Shown here one piece after another: positions 19,185 through 29,378 of a DNA stretch of 64,000 nucleotides. Position 1 is the stretch's first letter. Each line of letters opens with the position of its first letter. The notes beneath the pieces are model-generated. The model saw only the letters and a program-made list of their open reading frames with translations, did not search any database and was not told where the DNA came from. The stretch is from positions 2,623,274-2,687,273 of the forward strand of contig OZ244838.1 of assembly GCA_965220695.1 (NCBI GenBank), written 5' to 3'. The translations under genes and the position numbers were made by a program. The stretch comes from Vicinamibacterales bacterium (GTDB lineage: Bacteria > Acidobacteriota > Vicinamibacteria > Vicinamibacterales > UBA8438).

Positions 19185-20480
19185 ATGACCAAGAACGATT
19201 GCCGCCGCCGTCGCGTCTGGGGCGTGCACGCCCTTCTGGTGCTCGCTCTGCTTGCGCTCGCTGCGCCCGAGACGCCCGCACAGAGCGTCGGCGTCCGCAT
19301 GGTTCCCCCCGACGGGGACGGTGCGCGCTACTGGTCCCGCTGGCGCGGACCGTCCGGACAGGGAGTCGTGGAGGGCAGCGGGTATCCGGACACCTGGTCG
19401 GACACGGCCAACGTGCACTGGAAGGTGCCGGTGCCCGGCATCGGCCACTCGTCGCCAATCGTCTGGGGCGATCGGATCTTCCTGACGACATCCAGGAACC
19501 GGGGGCAGCAGGTCTCGATTCTCTGCTTCCGGCGGTCCGACGGGGCGTTGTTGTGGGAAACGGACGCGCCCGAGGGCCGCGCCGAACGACATCACGGCAA
19601 GAACACGCCGGCGTCAGCGACACCGACCACCGACGGCGAACGGGTCTATGCGTCGTTCGGCAGCCGCGGCATGATGGCGGTCGATTTCGAGGGCAATCTC
19701 GTCTGGCACCGCGACCTCGGCCGCATCGACAACTATCACGGTCCGGCCGGCTCGCCGCTGCTCTACCGCGACACGATCATCATCTACCAGGACCAGGACG
19801 GTGGAGCGTTCGTCATCGCACTCGACGCCCGCACCGGCGAGACCCGCTGGCGCACCGCGCGGTCGGCCCGGGTGGGGTGGGGTACGCCGGTCGCCATCTC
19901 GGTGGGCGACCACGACGAGCTCATCGTCAGCAGTCAGCAACTGGTGCAGTCCTACGACCCGGCCACCGGCGACGAGCTCTGGCGCTGCACCGGCATGTTG
20001 CGCGAGGTCATTCCGACGCCGGTCGTCGGCCTCGGACTGGTCTTCTGCACGTCGGGCCGCGCCGGTCCGACACTGGCGATTCGGCCGGGGGGCCGCGGCG
20101 ACGTCACCGACACGCACGTCGAGTGGCGGACGTCCCGCGGTTCACCGTTCGTGCCGTCACCGATTCTGTACGGCGACTACCTCTACACGCTCAACGACAT
20201 GTCGAGCATCATCACCTGTCTGAACGCCAGAACCGGGGAGACGGTGTGGCAGGAACGGCTGGGTCGTCCGACGCGCGAAGGGATCTCGGCGTCGCCGATC
20301 ATCGTCGACGACAAGTTGTTCGTCACGAACGACAACGGTCAGACGTTCGTCCTGAAGACGGGTCCGGAGTTCGAACTGCTGCACATCAACGACATCGGGA
20401 CGCGGACCCTGGCCACGCCCGCGCTCGTTGACGGCATGTGGTACATCCGCACGACCGGCGAACTCATTGCCATCGGCTGA
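19185..20480 (+). CDS. secreted PQQ-like beta-propeller repeat protein (paralog 2)
   Basis: Signal peptide. 'WSRWRGPSGQGVV...NV.WKVP.PG.GHSSPIVWGDRIFLTT'. Clear similarity to the 21555-22898 product. Confidence 0.7.
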   Translation: MTKNDCRRRRVWGVHALLVLALLALAAPETPAQSVGVRMVPPDGDGARYWSRWRGPSGQGVVEGSGYPDTWSDTANVHWKVPVPGIGHSSPIVWGDRIFLTTSRNRGQQVSILCFRRSDGALLWETDAPEGRAERHHGKNTPASATPTTDGERVYASFGSRGMMAVDFEGNLVWHRDLGRIDNYHGPAGSPLLYRDTIIIYQDQDGGAFVIALDARTGETRWRTARSARVGWGTPVAISVGDHDELIVSSQQLVQSYDPATGDELWRCTGMLREVIPTPVVGLGLVFCTSGRAGPTLAIRPGGRGDVTDTHVEWRTSRGSPFVPSPILYGDYLYTLNDMSSIITCLNARTGETVWQERLGRPTREGISASPIIVDDKLFVTNDNGQTFVLKTGPEFELLHINDIGTRTLATPALVDGMWYIRTTGELIAIG

Positions 20481-20506
20481 CGCCGGCGGCACTGTGCTCC
20501 GGCGGC

Positions 20507-21514
20507 TCAGAACGTTGCGATCGGGTTCAATGGCGACCCGGTGCCCCCTTCCACCGCGAGCGGCGCCGCCGACAGCATGAACTCCCACCGATTCTGGCGG
20601 GCCGCCTCCGCGGCCAGCGCTTCGAGGTCGAGGTTGTCGAAGATCCGCACCCCCATCGCGACCAGCACCAACTGGTGAATCGGCTGCGGCACGCCGTCCA
20701 CACCGGAGGGCAGCGCGTCGTTGGTGTAGTCGCTGCCGATCATCGCGACGTCACGCTCGCGAAGCCAGGGACCCACCGACGCGTGCAGCCCGGCCGCCGA
20801 GCGCCCGGTGGCCCACGGCCCCACGTCCGCCCGCCGCGCCCAGCGGCCCGCCCGAACCAATAGAATGTCGCCCGGTTCGACGCGAGCGCCGGTCTGCTGC
20901 TCCCACGCTTCGAGATCCTCGACGTAGATCGGGGTGCCGGGCTCCAGATACTCGACCCCCTTCAGACGCGCGATGTCCATCAGGACCCCCTTCGTCAGGA
21001 GGCCCTGCTTGACATCGAGAATCGACAGCTTCGCGCAGCCCTCCTCCGACACGTCGTCGGCGCGGGTGAACCCGTTGTACATCTGCCCGTTGTGCGCCAT
21101 GTGGCAGAGCGAGTCCATGTGGCTGTGCGCGTAGCCGTGATAGGCGACGTTGAAGCGATCGCTGACGAATGGGCCCGGCCGGTTGAGCCCGAGCATCTCG
21201 TGGGCGAACGGCGAGGTCGCATCCTCGGCGCGCTCGGTCAGGTAGTTATGGGACAGCGACACGGAGACGCCGGCCCGCACGAGGGCGGCCGCCTGCCGCC
21301 GCTTCTCCGGGGTGATGAGGTTGAGCGCGCCCAACTGGTCGTCGTCTCCCCAGCGCCCCCAGTTCGAGAGTTCCGTCATCCAGGCCTCGACCATCGCCCG
21401 GGTCACGTTGCGGTCGGTCTGGGCCCGCACCTCGAAACGGCCGGACCCGGGAACGACGGCCAGCCCGATCGCCACGGCCGTTGTCGCCAGCGCACGACGT
21501 CCAGTCCACTGCAT
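20507..21514 (-). CDS. cyclase family protein (kynurenine formamidase-like)
   Basis: Signal peptide. 'NWGRWGDDDQLGALN' and a His-rich 'YHGYAHSHMDSLCH' metal site. Confidence 0.7.
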   Translation of the reverse strand: MQWTGRRALATTAVAIGLAVVPGSGRFEVRAQTDRNVTRAMVEAWMTELSNWGRWGDDDQLGALNLITPEKRRQAAALVRAGVSVSLSHNYLTERAEDATSPFAHEMLGLNRPGPFVSDRFNVAYHGYAHSHMDSLCHMAHNGQMYNGFTRADDVSEEGCAKLSILDVKQGLLTKGVLMDIARLKGVEYLEPGTPIYVEDLEAWEQQTGARVEPGDILLVRAGRWARRADVGPWATGRSAAGLHASVGPWLRERDVAMIGSDYTNDALPSGVDGVPQPIHQLVLVAMGVRIFDNLDLEALAAEAARQNRWEFMLSAAPLAVEGGTGSPLNPIATF

Positions 21515-21554
21515 GCTTCTCCCCCCTGACTCGTTCTCGAAAGGGACGCGGCGG

Positions 21555-22898
21555 TTACGGCGTCCGACGCCCCTCCGTAATCCGATAGAGCTTCGACGCC
21601 GTGCGAATGAACAGGCTTTCGTGCGCGATCGCCGGCGTCGCCATCGTGAATTCCCCGAGAGCGTTGGTGTCGAGGACCTCGAACTCGGCTCCCGCGCGGA
21701 TCACATAGGTGTCACCGTCTTCGCTCAGCGCGAAGATCTTCCCGTCGTAGGCCCAGGGCGACGCGGTGAACGCCGCCCCGACCGCGATACGCTGCCGCCC
21801 GTAGACCTCGTCACCGGTGCGGGCATCGTGGGCGGTGAAGAACCCGCGGTCGAGCAACGTGTAGTAGTAGTCGCCATAGAGAATCGGCGACGGATTGTAG
21901 GGGCCGGCCTGCGGCCGATACCAGGCGATATGCTCGTTGCTCGTCTCGCCCGGCGCCAGGCTGATGTCCCCGGAGGCGCCCGGCCGGATCGCGAACACCG
22001 GCCGGATCTGGTCGCCGATGTAGCCTGACGCGATATACAGCAACCCGAACTCGGTGAACGGCGTCGGGATGGTAATCGATGACATCCCCGTCAGTTCCCA
22101 GAGCAGGTTGCCCTGCAGGTCGTATGACCGCACCTTGCCGGTGCCGGTGGTCACCAGCTCGGTCCGCAGGTCGTGCTCCCACACGAACGGCGTGGACCAG
22201 TTCGACCCTTCGTCGCGATCGACCCGCCAGATCTCGGCCCCGGTCTCGGCGCTCAGCGCCATCAGATAGGACTGCTCGTCGTTGTCGTTCACGATATGGA
22301 GCCGTCCGTCGTGCAGCACCGGCGAGGCCGCCGTCCCCCATCCGTAGCGGGTCCTGCTCGGCGCGATTTCCCGCGACCACAGCAGGCGCCCCTCCAAATC
22401 GAAGCAATACACCCCGACGTTGCCGAAGTAGACGTACAGCCGTTCCCCGTCGGTGACCGGGGTCTCGGAGGCGAAGGTGTTCTTCAGATGATGCCCCGTC
22501 CGGGGCGCGCCGCGGTGCACCTCCCGCTCCCAGCGCAGCACGCCGGTGGCGGCGTCCACCGCGTAGACCATCCAGTGATGCACGTCCGCCGGGGTTCCCC
22601 GGTCGCCGCCGTAGTACAGACCGCCCTGTGGGGTCTCGACGTCGCCGTCGCTGATCACCGAGGTGAGGAACACGGCGCCGCCGGCCACGATCGGCGAGCT
22701 CCACCCCAGTCCGGGGATGTCCGTCACCCAGGCGACGTTCTCGGTGGCGCTCCAGCGCGCGGGGAGACCGGTCTCGTCCACTACGCCGCGGGCGCCGGCG
22801 CCGCGGAACTGCGGCCAGTCGTCGTTGGCGGCCGGCCGGGCGCCCATCGCCAGGATGCCCGCCAACACCCACGTCCATTCCCGTGTCGTCAGTCTCAT
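21555..22898 (-). CDS. secreted PQQ-like beta-propeller repeat protein (paralog 3)
   Basis: Only the C-terminal 448 codons of the 998-aa track ORF look coding. Start at MRLTTREWTWVLAGILAMG (alternative at 22925). 'DDWPQFRGAGARGVV...'. Confidence 0.7.
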   Translation of the reverse strand: MRLTTREWTWVLAGILAMGARPAANDDWPQFRGAGARGVVDETGLPARWSATENVAWVTDIPGLGWSSPIVAGGAVFLTSVISDGDVETPQGGLYYGGDRGTPADVHHWMVYAVDAATGVLRWEREVHRGAPRTGHHLKNTFASETPVTDGERLYVYFGNVGVYCFDLEGRLLWSREIAPSRTRYGWGTAASPVLHDGRLHIVNDNDEQSYLMALSAETGAEIWRVDRDEGSNWSTPFVWEHDLRTELVTTGTGKVRSYDLQGNLLWELTGMSSITIPTPFTEFGLLYIASGYIGDQIRPVFAIRPGASGDISLAPGETSNEHIAWYRPQAGPYNPSPILYGDYYYTLLDRGFFTAHDARTGDEVYGRQRIAVGAAFTASPWAYDGKIFALSEDGDTYVIRAGAEFEVLDTNALGEFTMATPAIAHESLFIRTASKLYRITEGRRTP

Positions 22899-22970
22899 GG
22901 TCGTTGCCGATGATGCCCGCCGCATCGCGGGCTGTCCAGCGAAATCAGCCGGCGCCTGTACAATCCGGGC

Positions 22971-24410
22971 ATGCCGCGACCGTCGCCGCCGCCGAACGAC
23001 CTTTGCGACTGCACGGCGCGCGAGCTCGCCGCGCTGGTCCGCCGCAGGCAGGTTTCCGCGCGTGAGGTCATGACCGCCCACCTGACACGCATCGAGCAGG
23101 TCAACCCCGTCCTGAACGCCATCGTCACCCTGCTGCCGGACAGCGCACTGGCGGAGGCGGACGCCGCCGACGCCGCGCTGGCGCACGGGGACGACCCGGG
23201 GCCGCTGTGCGGATTGCCGGTGGCCCACAAGGACCTCTTCGTCACCGCCGGCATCCGCACGACGTTCGGCTCGCTGGCCTTCGAGCACCATGTGCCGGAC
23301 GAGACCGCCCTCATCGTCGAACGCGAGCGCCGCGCCGGAGCCATCACGCTCGGGAAGACCAACACACCCGAGTTCGGCGCCGGATCGCAGACCTTCAACG
23401 CGGTGTTCGGCGCGACCCGCAACCCCTACGACCCCACCAAGACCTGCGGCGGCAGCAGCGGCGGCGCCGCGGCGGCGCTGGCGGCCGGCATGGTGCCGAT
23501 CGCCGATGGCAGCGATCTGGGCGGATCGCTCCGCAACCCGGCCAGCTTCTGCAACGTGGTCGGATTCCGCTCGTCTCCCGGTCGTGTCCCCCGCTGGCCC
23601 AGCGCGGCGCCCTGGTTTCCGTTCGACATCCACGGCCCGATGGCCCGCACCGTCGCGGATGTCGCGCTCGTGTTCGACGCCATCGCCGGACCAGATGCGC
23701 GGGCGCCGTTGTCGCTGGGGATCGCGCCCGAGAACACCGCCGGACGGCTCGAACGGGACTTCAGCGGCACCCGCATCGGGTGGACGGCCGACCTCGGGAC
23801 GCTCCCGGTGGAACCGGCCGTCACCGCGGTGTTCTCGGGCCGGCGGGCGACCTTTGAAGACCTCGGCTGTATCACGGACGACGATTGGCCCGATCTGTCC
23901 GGGGCTGACGAGGTCTTCACCACGTGGCGCGCCTGGTTCTACGACCTGGCGTTCGGCGCCACCCTCGATCGACATCGGCCGCTGCTCAAGGACACCGTCG
24001 TCTGGAACATCGAAGCCGGCCGCGCCCTCGGCGGCGCGCACATCGCCGCCGCCGAACGCGCCCGGGCGGCGCTCTACGACCGGGTCCGGCGATTCCTGGA
24101 GACGCACGAGTATCTCGTGCTGCCGGTGGCGCAGGTAACGCCATTCCCGGTCGAACAGCCGTACGTCACCGCCATCAACGGCCAACCGCTGCCCACGTAT
24201 CTCGACTGGATGAAGTCCTGCTGTCAGATCAGCGTCACCGGACTGCCGGCCATCTCGGTCCCGTGCGGGTTCAGCGCCGCCGGGCTGCCGGTCGGTATCC
24301 AGATCGTGGGGCGGCCCTACGACGATCTCGGGGTCCTGCAGCTTGCCCACGCCTTCGAGCAGGCCACCGGATTCTGGAGACGGCGCCCCCCGATCCTGCC
24401 GGCGCGCTGA
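22971..24410 (+). CDS. amidase (amidase-signature family)
   Basis: 'GLPVAHKD', 'GKTNTPEFG' and 'GGSSGGAAAALAAG...DLGGSLRNPASFC'. Confidence 0.85.
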   Translation: MPRPSPPPNDLCDCTARELAALVRRRQVSAREVMTAHLTRIEQVNPVLNAIVTLLPDSALAEADAADAALAHGDDPGPLCGLPVAHKDLFVTAGIRTTFGSLAFEHHVPDETALIVERERRAGAITLGKTNTPEFGAGSQTFNAVFGATRNPYDPTKTCGGSSGGAAAALAAGMVPIADGSDLGGSLRNPASFCNVVGFRSSPGRVPRWPSAAPWFPFDIHGPMARTVADVALVFDAIAGPDARAPLSLGIAPENTAGRLERDFSGTRIGWTADLGTLPVEPAVTAVFSGRRATFEDLGCITDDDWPDLSGADEVFTTWRAWFYDLAFGATLDRHRPLLKDTVVWNIEAGRALGGAHIAAAERARAALYDRVRRFLETHEYLVLPVAQVTPFPVEQPYVTAINGQPLPTYLDWMKSCCQISVTGLPAISVPCGFSAAGLPVGIQIVGRPYDDLGVLQLAHAFEQATGFWRRRPPILPAR

Positions 24411-24553
24411 CCCGGCCCCGTCCCGGCGTCGCCGCAACCAGACTTCCGGGCCGCCGCACTGGCATCGGCTGTCAGGAAGTGGTACAACGCTCGGGACGCG
24501 CTGTGCGAACACGAATGTCAGATGTTCCGGGAGCGGCGGGCACGGAGGCAACG

Positions 24554-26731
24554 ATGGGAACGCGATTGATTCGAGGACTCGGTGTGACGGGATTGGCGGT
24601 CCTGCTGGCGGCCGGACTGGCCTGGGTCGGCTCCGGCGCCGGCGCGCAGGTGGCGCTGGACGCGGACGATATCGGCGGCGTCGTACGCGGCGCCAACGGA
24701 CCCGAGGCGGGGGTCTGGGTCATCGCCGAGACGGACGAACTCGACACCCGGTTCCGCAAGATCGTGGTGACGGATGACGCGGGGCGCTACACGCTCCCGG
24801 ATCTGCCGCCCGCCCGCTACGACGTCTGGGTCCGCGGATACGGCCTGACAGACTCGGCGCCGGTGACCGCCCGCCCCGGCGCCACGGTGGATCTGCAGAC
24901 GGTCGTCGCCGCGACGCCGCGCGAGGCGGCCGTGGTCTATCCCGCCAACTACTGGTACTCGCTCGTCGAGGTCCCGCCGGAAAGCGCGTTCCCCGGCACC
25001 GGCGAGAACGGCAACGGCATCTCCCCCGGCATGCGCAACCAGGCCGCCTGGATCGACGGACTGAAGCAAGGGTGCCAGTTGTGCCATCAGCTCGGCAACC
25101 AGGCGACCCGCGAGATCCTGAACCCCGGCGACTACGACTCGACCGAGGCCGCCTGGGCCCATCGTGTCCGCGTCGGCCAGCGCGGCTCGCTCATGAGCGG
25201 CGGCCTGCGGCGGTTCGGGGCGGAACGGGCGGTGGCGATGTATGCCGACTGGACCGACCGCATCATGGCCGGCGAGGTGCCCGAGGCTCCGCCGCGGCCA
25301 CAGGGCCAGGAGCGCAACGTCGTGCTGACGATGTGGGAATGGGGCGGCGAGACCGGCTACATCCACGACGAGATCGCCACCGACAAGCGCAACCCGCGGG
25401 TGAACGCGGGGGGTCCGGTCTACGGCGTGGAGTTCGCCAACGACAAGCTGGTCTGGGTCGACCCCAGCACCAACGAGGCGCGCGCGATCCCGGTTCCGGT
25501 CCGCGACACGCCCGGCGAGGGAGACTTCAGGTCCTACATCGATCAGGAGAACCTGGAACCGTCGATCTACTGGGGTGACGAACTTGTCTGGAACAACCCC
25601 GGCAACCCGCACAACCCGATGATGGACGGACAGGGGCGAATCTGGATGACGCACCAGATCCGCGGCCCCGGCAACCCGGCGTGGTGCCAGGAAGGGTCGG
25701 ACAACCGCTTCGCGCAGCACTATCCTCTTTCGCGCGCCGCGCGGCACATCGCCTACTACGACCCGGCGGATGGCGACGTGACGCTGATCGACACCTGCTT
25801 CAACACCCACCACCTGCAGTTCGGGTACGAGGACGGCGAACGGCTGTATCTGAGTTCCGTCGGTCCCGTCATCGGCTGGCTCGACGTCGATCTGTTCGAG
25901 GAGACCGGCGACGCGCAGGCGGCGCAAGGCTGGTGCCCGCTGATTGTCGACACCAACGGCGACGGCCGTATCACCGAGTGGGTCGGCCGCGGCGGCCAGC
26001 TCGATCCGACCAGGGACAAGGAAATGGGCGCCGGCTGGTATGGCATCGTGCCCGACCCCACCGAGCGCAGCGTCGTCTGGGCGGCGTCCGGAGGGGTGCC
26101 GGGGCAGATCGTGCGGCTCGCACTGGGCGACAACCCGCCGGAGACCTGCATCGCGGAGTACTATCAGCCGCCGTTCGAGAACCAGGAGGCGCCGATCCAG
26201 GGGTACTCGCCCCGCGGCATCGACATCACGACCAACGGCATCGTCTGGACCGCGCTCTCGGGCAGCGGCCATCTGGCCAGCTTCGACCGCAGCAAGTGCG
26301 ACGTACTGAACGGCCCGACCGCCACCGGCCAGCATTGCCCGCAGGGCTGGTCGCTCTACGCCACCCCCGGCCCCCAGATGAAAGGGGTCACCAGCCACGG
26401 CAGCGCCGACTACCACTATTACAACTGGGTGGACCAGCACAACACGCTGGGACTCGGCGAGAACGTCCCGATCGCCACCGGCAGCACCTCCGATTCGCTG
26501 CTCGCGTTCCTCCCAGACTCGGAGGAATACGTGATCATGCGCGTCCCCTACCCGCTGGGCTTCTACTCGCGCGGCATGGACGGGCGTATCGACGACCCGG
26601 ACGCCGGCTGGAAGGGGCGCGCGGTCTGGGCCGACTACGGCACGAACGCGGTCTGGCACTCGGAAGGCGGCAAGGGCACGCAGGGGAACCTGGTGAAATT
26701 CCAGATTCGCCCCGATCCCCTCGCGCACTAG
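24554..26731 (+). CDS. large secreted protein: CarboxypepD_reg-like N-terminal domain plus a single CxxCH motif
   Basis: GGAGG RBS, start MGTRLIRGLGVTGLAVLLAAG. 'VTDDAGRYTLPDLPPARYDVWVRGYG' (Ig-like regulatory fold). 'GCQLCHQLG' heme-c-type motif. The remaining ~500 aa are unassigned. Confidence 0.55.
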   Translation: MGTRLIRGLGVTGLAVLLAAGLAWVGSGAGAQVALDADDIGGVVRGANGPEAGVWVIAETDELDTRFRKIVVTDDAGRYTLPDLPPARYDVWVRGYGLTDSAPVTARPGATVDLQTVVAATPREAAVVYPANYWYSLVEVPPESAFPGTGENGNGISPGMRNQAAWIDGLKQGCQLCHQLGNQATREILNPGDYDSTEAAWAHRVRVGQRGSLMSGGLRRFGAERAVAMYADWTDRIMAGEVPEAPPRPQGQERNVVLTMWEWGGETGYIHDEIATDKRNPRVNAGGPVYGVEFANDKLVWVDPSTNEARAIPVPVRDTPGEGDFRSYIDQENLEPSIYWGDELVWNNPGNPHNPMMDGQGRIWMTHQIRGPGNPAWCQEGSDNRFAQHYPLSRAARHIAYYDPADGDVTLIDTCFNTHHLQFGYEDGERLYLSSVGPVIGWLDVDLFEETGDAQAAQGWCPLIVDTNGDGRITEWVGRGGQLDPTRDKEMGAGWYGIVPDPTERSVVWAASGGVPGQIVRLALGDNPPETCIAEYYQPPFENQEAPIQGYSPRGIDITTNGIVWTALSGSGHLASFDRSKCDVLNGPTATGQHCPQGWSLYATPGPQMKGVTSHGSADYHYYNWVDQHNTLGLGENVPIATGSTSDSLLAFLPDSEEYVIMRVPYPLGFYSRGMDGRIDDPDAGWKGRAVWADYGTNAVWHSEGGKGTQGNLVKFQIRPDPLAH

Positions 26732-26832
26732 GAGTCTGCCAGCCGACCGGCAACGTTGCGGAACACGGCCCGGAAGGCAGACCCCTTCCGGGCCGTGTTG
26801 TTGTTCACGGACTGGCGGCATTCGGTCTCACG

Positions 26833-28011
26833 ATGAGCAGCGCGGCTGCAGCGGATCCCACGGCCCACGTCGCGGGCGATCTGGCGCTCGTGCTGGTCGG
26901 CGGCGGCGCCCGGGCCGCCTATCAGGTCGGTTTCCTGCACGCCCTCATCAAACAGCACCCCGATCTGCAGCTCCCGATCATCACCGGCACGTCGGCGGGG
27001 GCCATCAACGCCGCGTATCTGGCGGCCCAGAGCGGACCGTTGACCGCCGCCATCGACGGGCTGGCCCAGCTCTGGCGCCGCCAGCGTGTGGATCACGTGT
27101 TCCGGGTCGACAACCGTTCGCTCATCAATCATGTCCTGCGCTGGGGCATGAAGCTGGTCTCCGGCGGCGGATCGCTCGCGCCGCAGGTCCAGGGCTTGCT
27201 CGACACCGCGCCGCTGCGGCAGTTTCTGCATGACTGTTTCACACCGGCGGACACCGGTGAGATACCCGGCATCGCCCGCAACATCGCGGCGTGCCGCCTG
27301 CGCGCTCTGGCCATCACCACCAGCAGTTACGATACCGGGCGGTCGGTCATCTGGGTCCAGGGCGCCGATATCGAGGATTGGGAGCGGCCCAACCGTCACG
27401 GCCGCAACACGCGCCTCACGGTCGAGCACATCATGGCCTCGGCCGCGCTCCCGCTGTTCTTCCCCGCCGTCAGACTTGACGACGGGTGGTACGGCGACGG
27501 CGGCATCCGGATGACGGCCCCCTGCTCGCCGGCGATCCATCTCGGCGCCGCACGCATCCTGGCCATCTCCAATCGCCACACGGGCCGGGGCGACGCGGCG
27601 GCGGCGGTGAGCCGCGCCCATCCCCAACCGGCCCTGATTGCCGGGCAGCTCATCCGCACGATGCTGCTGGACGATCTCGATCGGGACGAGTGGAATCTGC
27701 GGCGCCTCAACCGGCTGGTGGACCGCCTGCCGCCCGGCCAGCGCGAGGGGTTGCGCCCAATCGACCTGGTGGTGATCCGGCCGTCATGCGATCTCGGCGC
27801 GCTGACCCGCGAATTCGAGCCGCGCCTGCCGCGCCTGTTCCGTCACCTGACCCGCAGCCTCGGCTCGCGCGAGATGGCCAGCCAGGACCTGCTGAGCCTG
27901 CTGATGTTCCAGGAAGACTACATCGACCGGTTGCTGGCGATCGGCGCGGCGGACGCCGAACGGGAAGCGGACCGGATCGCGGCGCTGCTGGCGGACACGA
28001 ACGAGCCCTGA
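26833..28011 (+). CDS. patatin-like phospholipase
   Basis: 'LVGGGARAAYQVG', 'GTSAGAINA' (GxSxG) and 'YGDGGIR' (the DGG Asp of the catalytic dyad). Confidence 0.8.
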   Translation: MSSAAAADPTAHVAGDLALVLVGGGARAAYQVGFLHALIKQHPDLQLPIITGTSAGAINAAYLAAQSGPLTAAIDGLAQLWRRQRVDHVFRVDNRSLINHVLRWGMKLVSGGGSLAPQVQGLLDTAPLRQFLHDCFTPADTGEIPGIARNIAACRLRALAITTSSYDTGRSVIWVQGADIEDWERPNRHGRNTRLTVEHIMASAALPLFFPAVRLDDGWYGDGGIRMTAPCSPAIHLGAARILAISNRHTGRGDAAAAVSRAHPQPALIAGQLIRTMLLDDLDRDEWNLRRLNRLVDRLPPGQREGLRPIDLVVIRPSCDLGALTREFEPRLPRLFRHLTRSLGSREMASQDLLSLLMFQEDYIDRLLAIGAADAEREADRIAALLADTNEP

Positions 28012-28031
28012 TCGCCAGGCAGGGCGTCCGA

Positions 28032-29378
28032 TCACCCGCGCGGCATCGAGGTCAGACGGAAGCTGTCCATCGCGTCCGGCAGATCGGTCCGGTCGCCGTG
28101 GTCGGCAAGCATCGCGGCGCCCGCCTCGACCCCGGACCGCAGCGCCGTGCCGGTCGACGCGACCGACGGATACGTCCGGTAGTTGCCGGCCAGATACAGG
28201 TTGCGGCAGGTCGTGTCTCGCACGGGCGGGTTCCGATAGCCGGGCCGGAACACCGGCGAGTACATCGGCAGGCGGTTGACCTGCGCCCAGAACGGCTTGA
28301 GGTCGAACCCGAACACCCGCCGGAAATCGGCGCGATATGCATCGAGCACCTCCTCGTCGCTCTGCGCAAAGAAGGCATCGCGGCGGCTCGGGAGATGGCT
28401 CATGATGTTGAGACAGGTGTCCCCCGGCGCCCCGATCGTCGGGTTGAGCGCGTTCAGCGCGAAGATGCCGCAGGCACGGCAATCGAGGGACGCCAGGTTC
28501 ATCCAATAGAACTCGGGGGTGATTCGCTGGCGGGTGGCGAACATCGCCGACACCACGGCGGTATAGCGGATCGCCTCGAGGTCCGCCCGCGCCACGCCGA
28601 GCAGGCGCTCGTAGACTTCGGTCGGCACCGTACTGACGACCAGATCGGTCGTCAACCGCGTGCCGTCGTCGAGTTCCACCGCCGTTACGCGATCGCCGGT
28701 CCGGACCAGACGCGCAGCCGACGTGCCGAGCCGGACGTCGACCGCCCGCCTCGTGAGCAGCCGGGTCACACCGTCGCACAGCACCTTGGTCCAGTTGCAG
28801 CCCGGGATATAGCCGAGCGGCGCCGAACCCTCGCGAAAATACAGGCGTGCGCCCAGCCAGGCCGCGCTGACCTCGTCGCAGGGCCGGTCGAACTTGAGCC
28901 GCGTCAGCGGGTCGAAGATCGCGCGCCGTACGCCAGGACCGGCCCAGGTGTCGATGAGATCGGCGGCGCTTCGCGCGCTCCAGTCGCTCCAGTCGCTCTT
29001 GCCGAAGCAGCGCACCATCAACCGCGCGAAACGCAGCTTGTCCGCCACGCTCATCGGGAATCTGAGGAAGTCGACCGGATGGGCCAAATCGTACAGCCGG
29101 CCGTCGATCCGGAACAGCAGCTTGATCTTGCGCCAGCGCACACGGGCCGCCACGCCGATGTGATCGAGAAAGTAGAGCAATCCCCGGTCGCGGTGCAGGA
29201 TATGGTGATAGGCGAGCGGATAGAATCGACCGCCGGCCTCGAACGTGCCCGCGAGCCCCCCCAGCTGCGGGCCCCGCTCGACGATCGTCACCCGTGTCCA
29301 GCCGGCGCGCGCCGCCGTGTACGCGGCGGCCATGCCGGACAGTCCGCCGCCGAGGACCACGACCCGTGGAGTCGGCAT
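28032..29378 (-). CDS. FAD-dependent oxidoreductase (phytoene desaturase / amine oxidase-like)
   Basis: Start MPTPRVVVLGGGLSGMAAAY (GxGxxG). The ATG shares one nucleotide with the upstream TGA. The longer track ORF N-terminus is non-coding-like. Confidence 0.7.
   Translation of the reverse strand: MPTPRVVVLGGGLSGMAAAYTAARAGWTRVTIVERGPQLGGLAGTFEAGGRFYPLAYHHILHRDRGLLYFLDHIGVAARVRWRKIKLLFRIDGRLYDLAHPVDFLRFPMSVADKLRFARLMVRCFGKSDWSDWSARSAADLIDTWAGPGVRRAIFDPLTRLKFDRPCDEVSAAWLGARLYFREGSAPLGYIPGCNWTKVLCDGVTRLLTRRAVDVRLGTSAARLVRTGDRVTAVELDDGTRLTTDLVVSTVPTEVYERLLGVARADLEAIRYTAVVSAMFATRQRITPEFYWMNLASLDCRACGIFALNALNPTIGAPGDTCLNIMSHLPSRRDAFFAQSDEEVLDAYRADFRRVFGFDLKPFWAQVNRLPMYSPVFRPGYRNPPVRDTTCRNLYLAGNYRTYPSVASTGTALRSGVEAGAAMLADHGDRTDLPDAMDSFRLTSMPRG

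Noticed and set aside
22899-24551. N-terminal 550 codons of the 998-aa ORF 21555-24551 (-)
   Set aside because: This region is antisense to the well-supported amidase gene and has no recognisable domains. A signal-peptide start (22898) gives a normal-length propeller protein.
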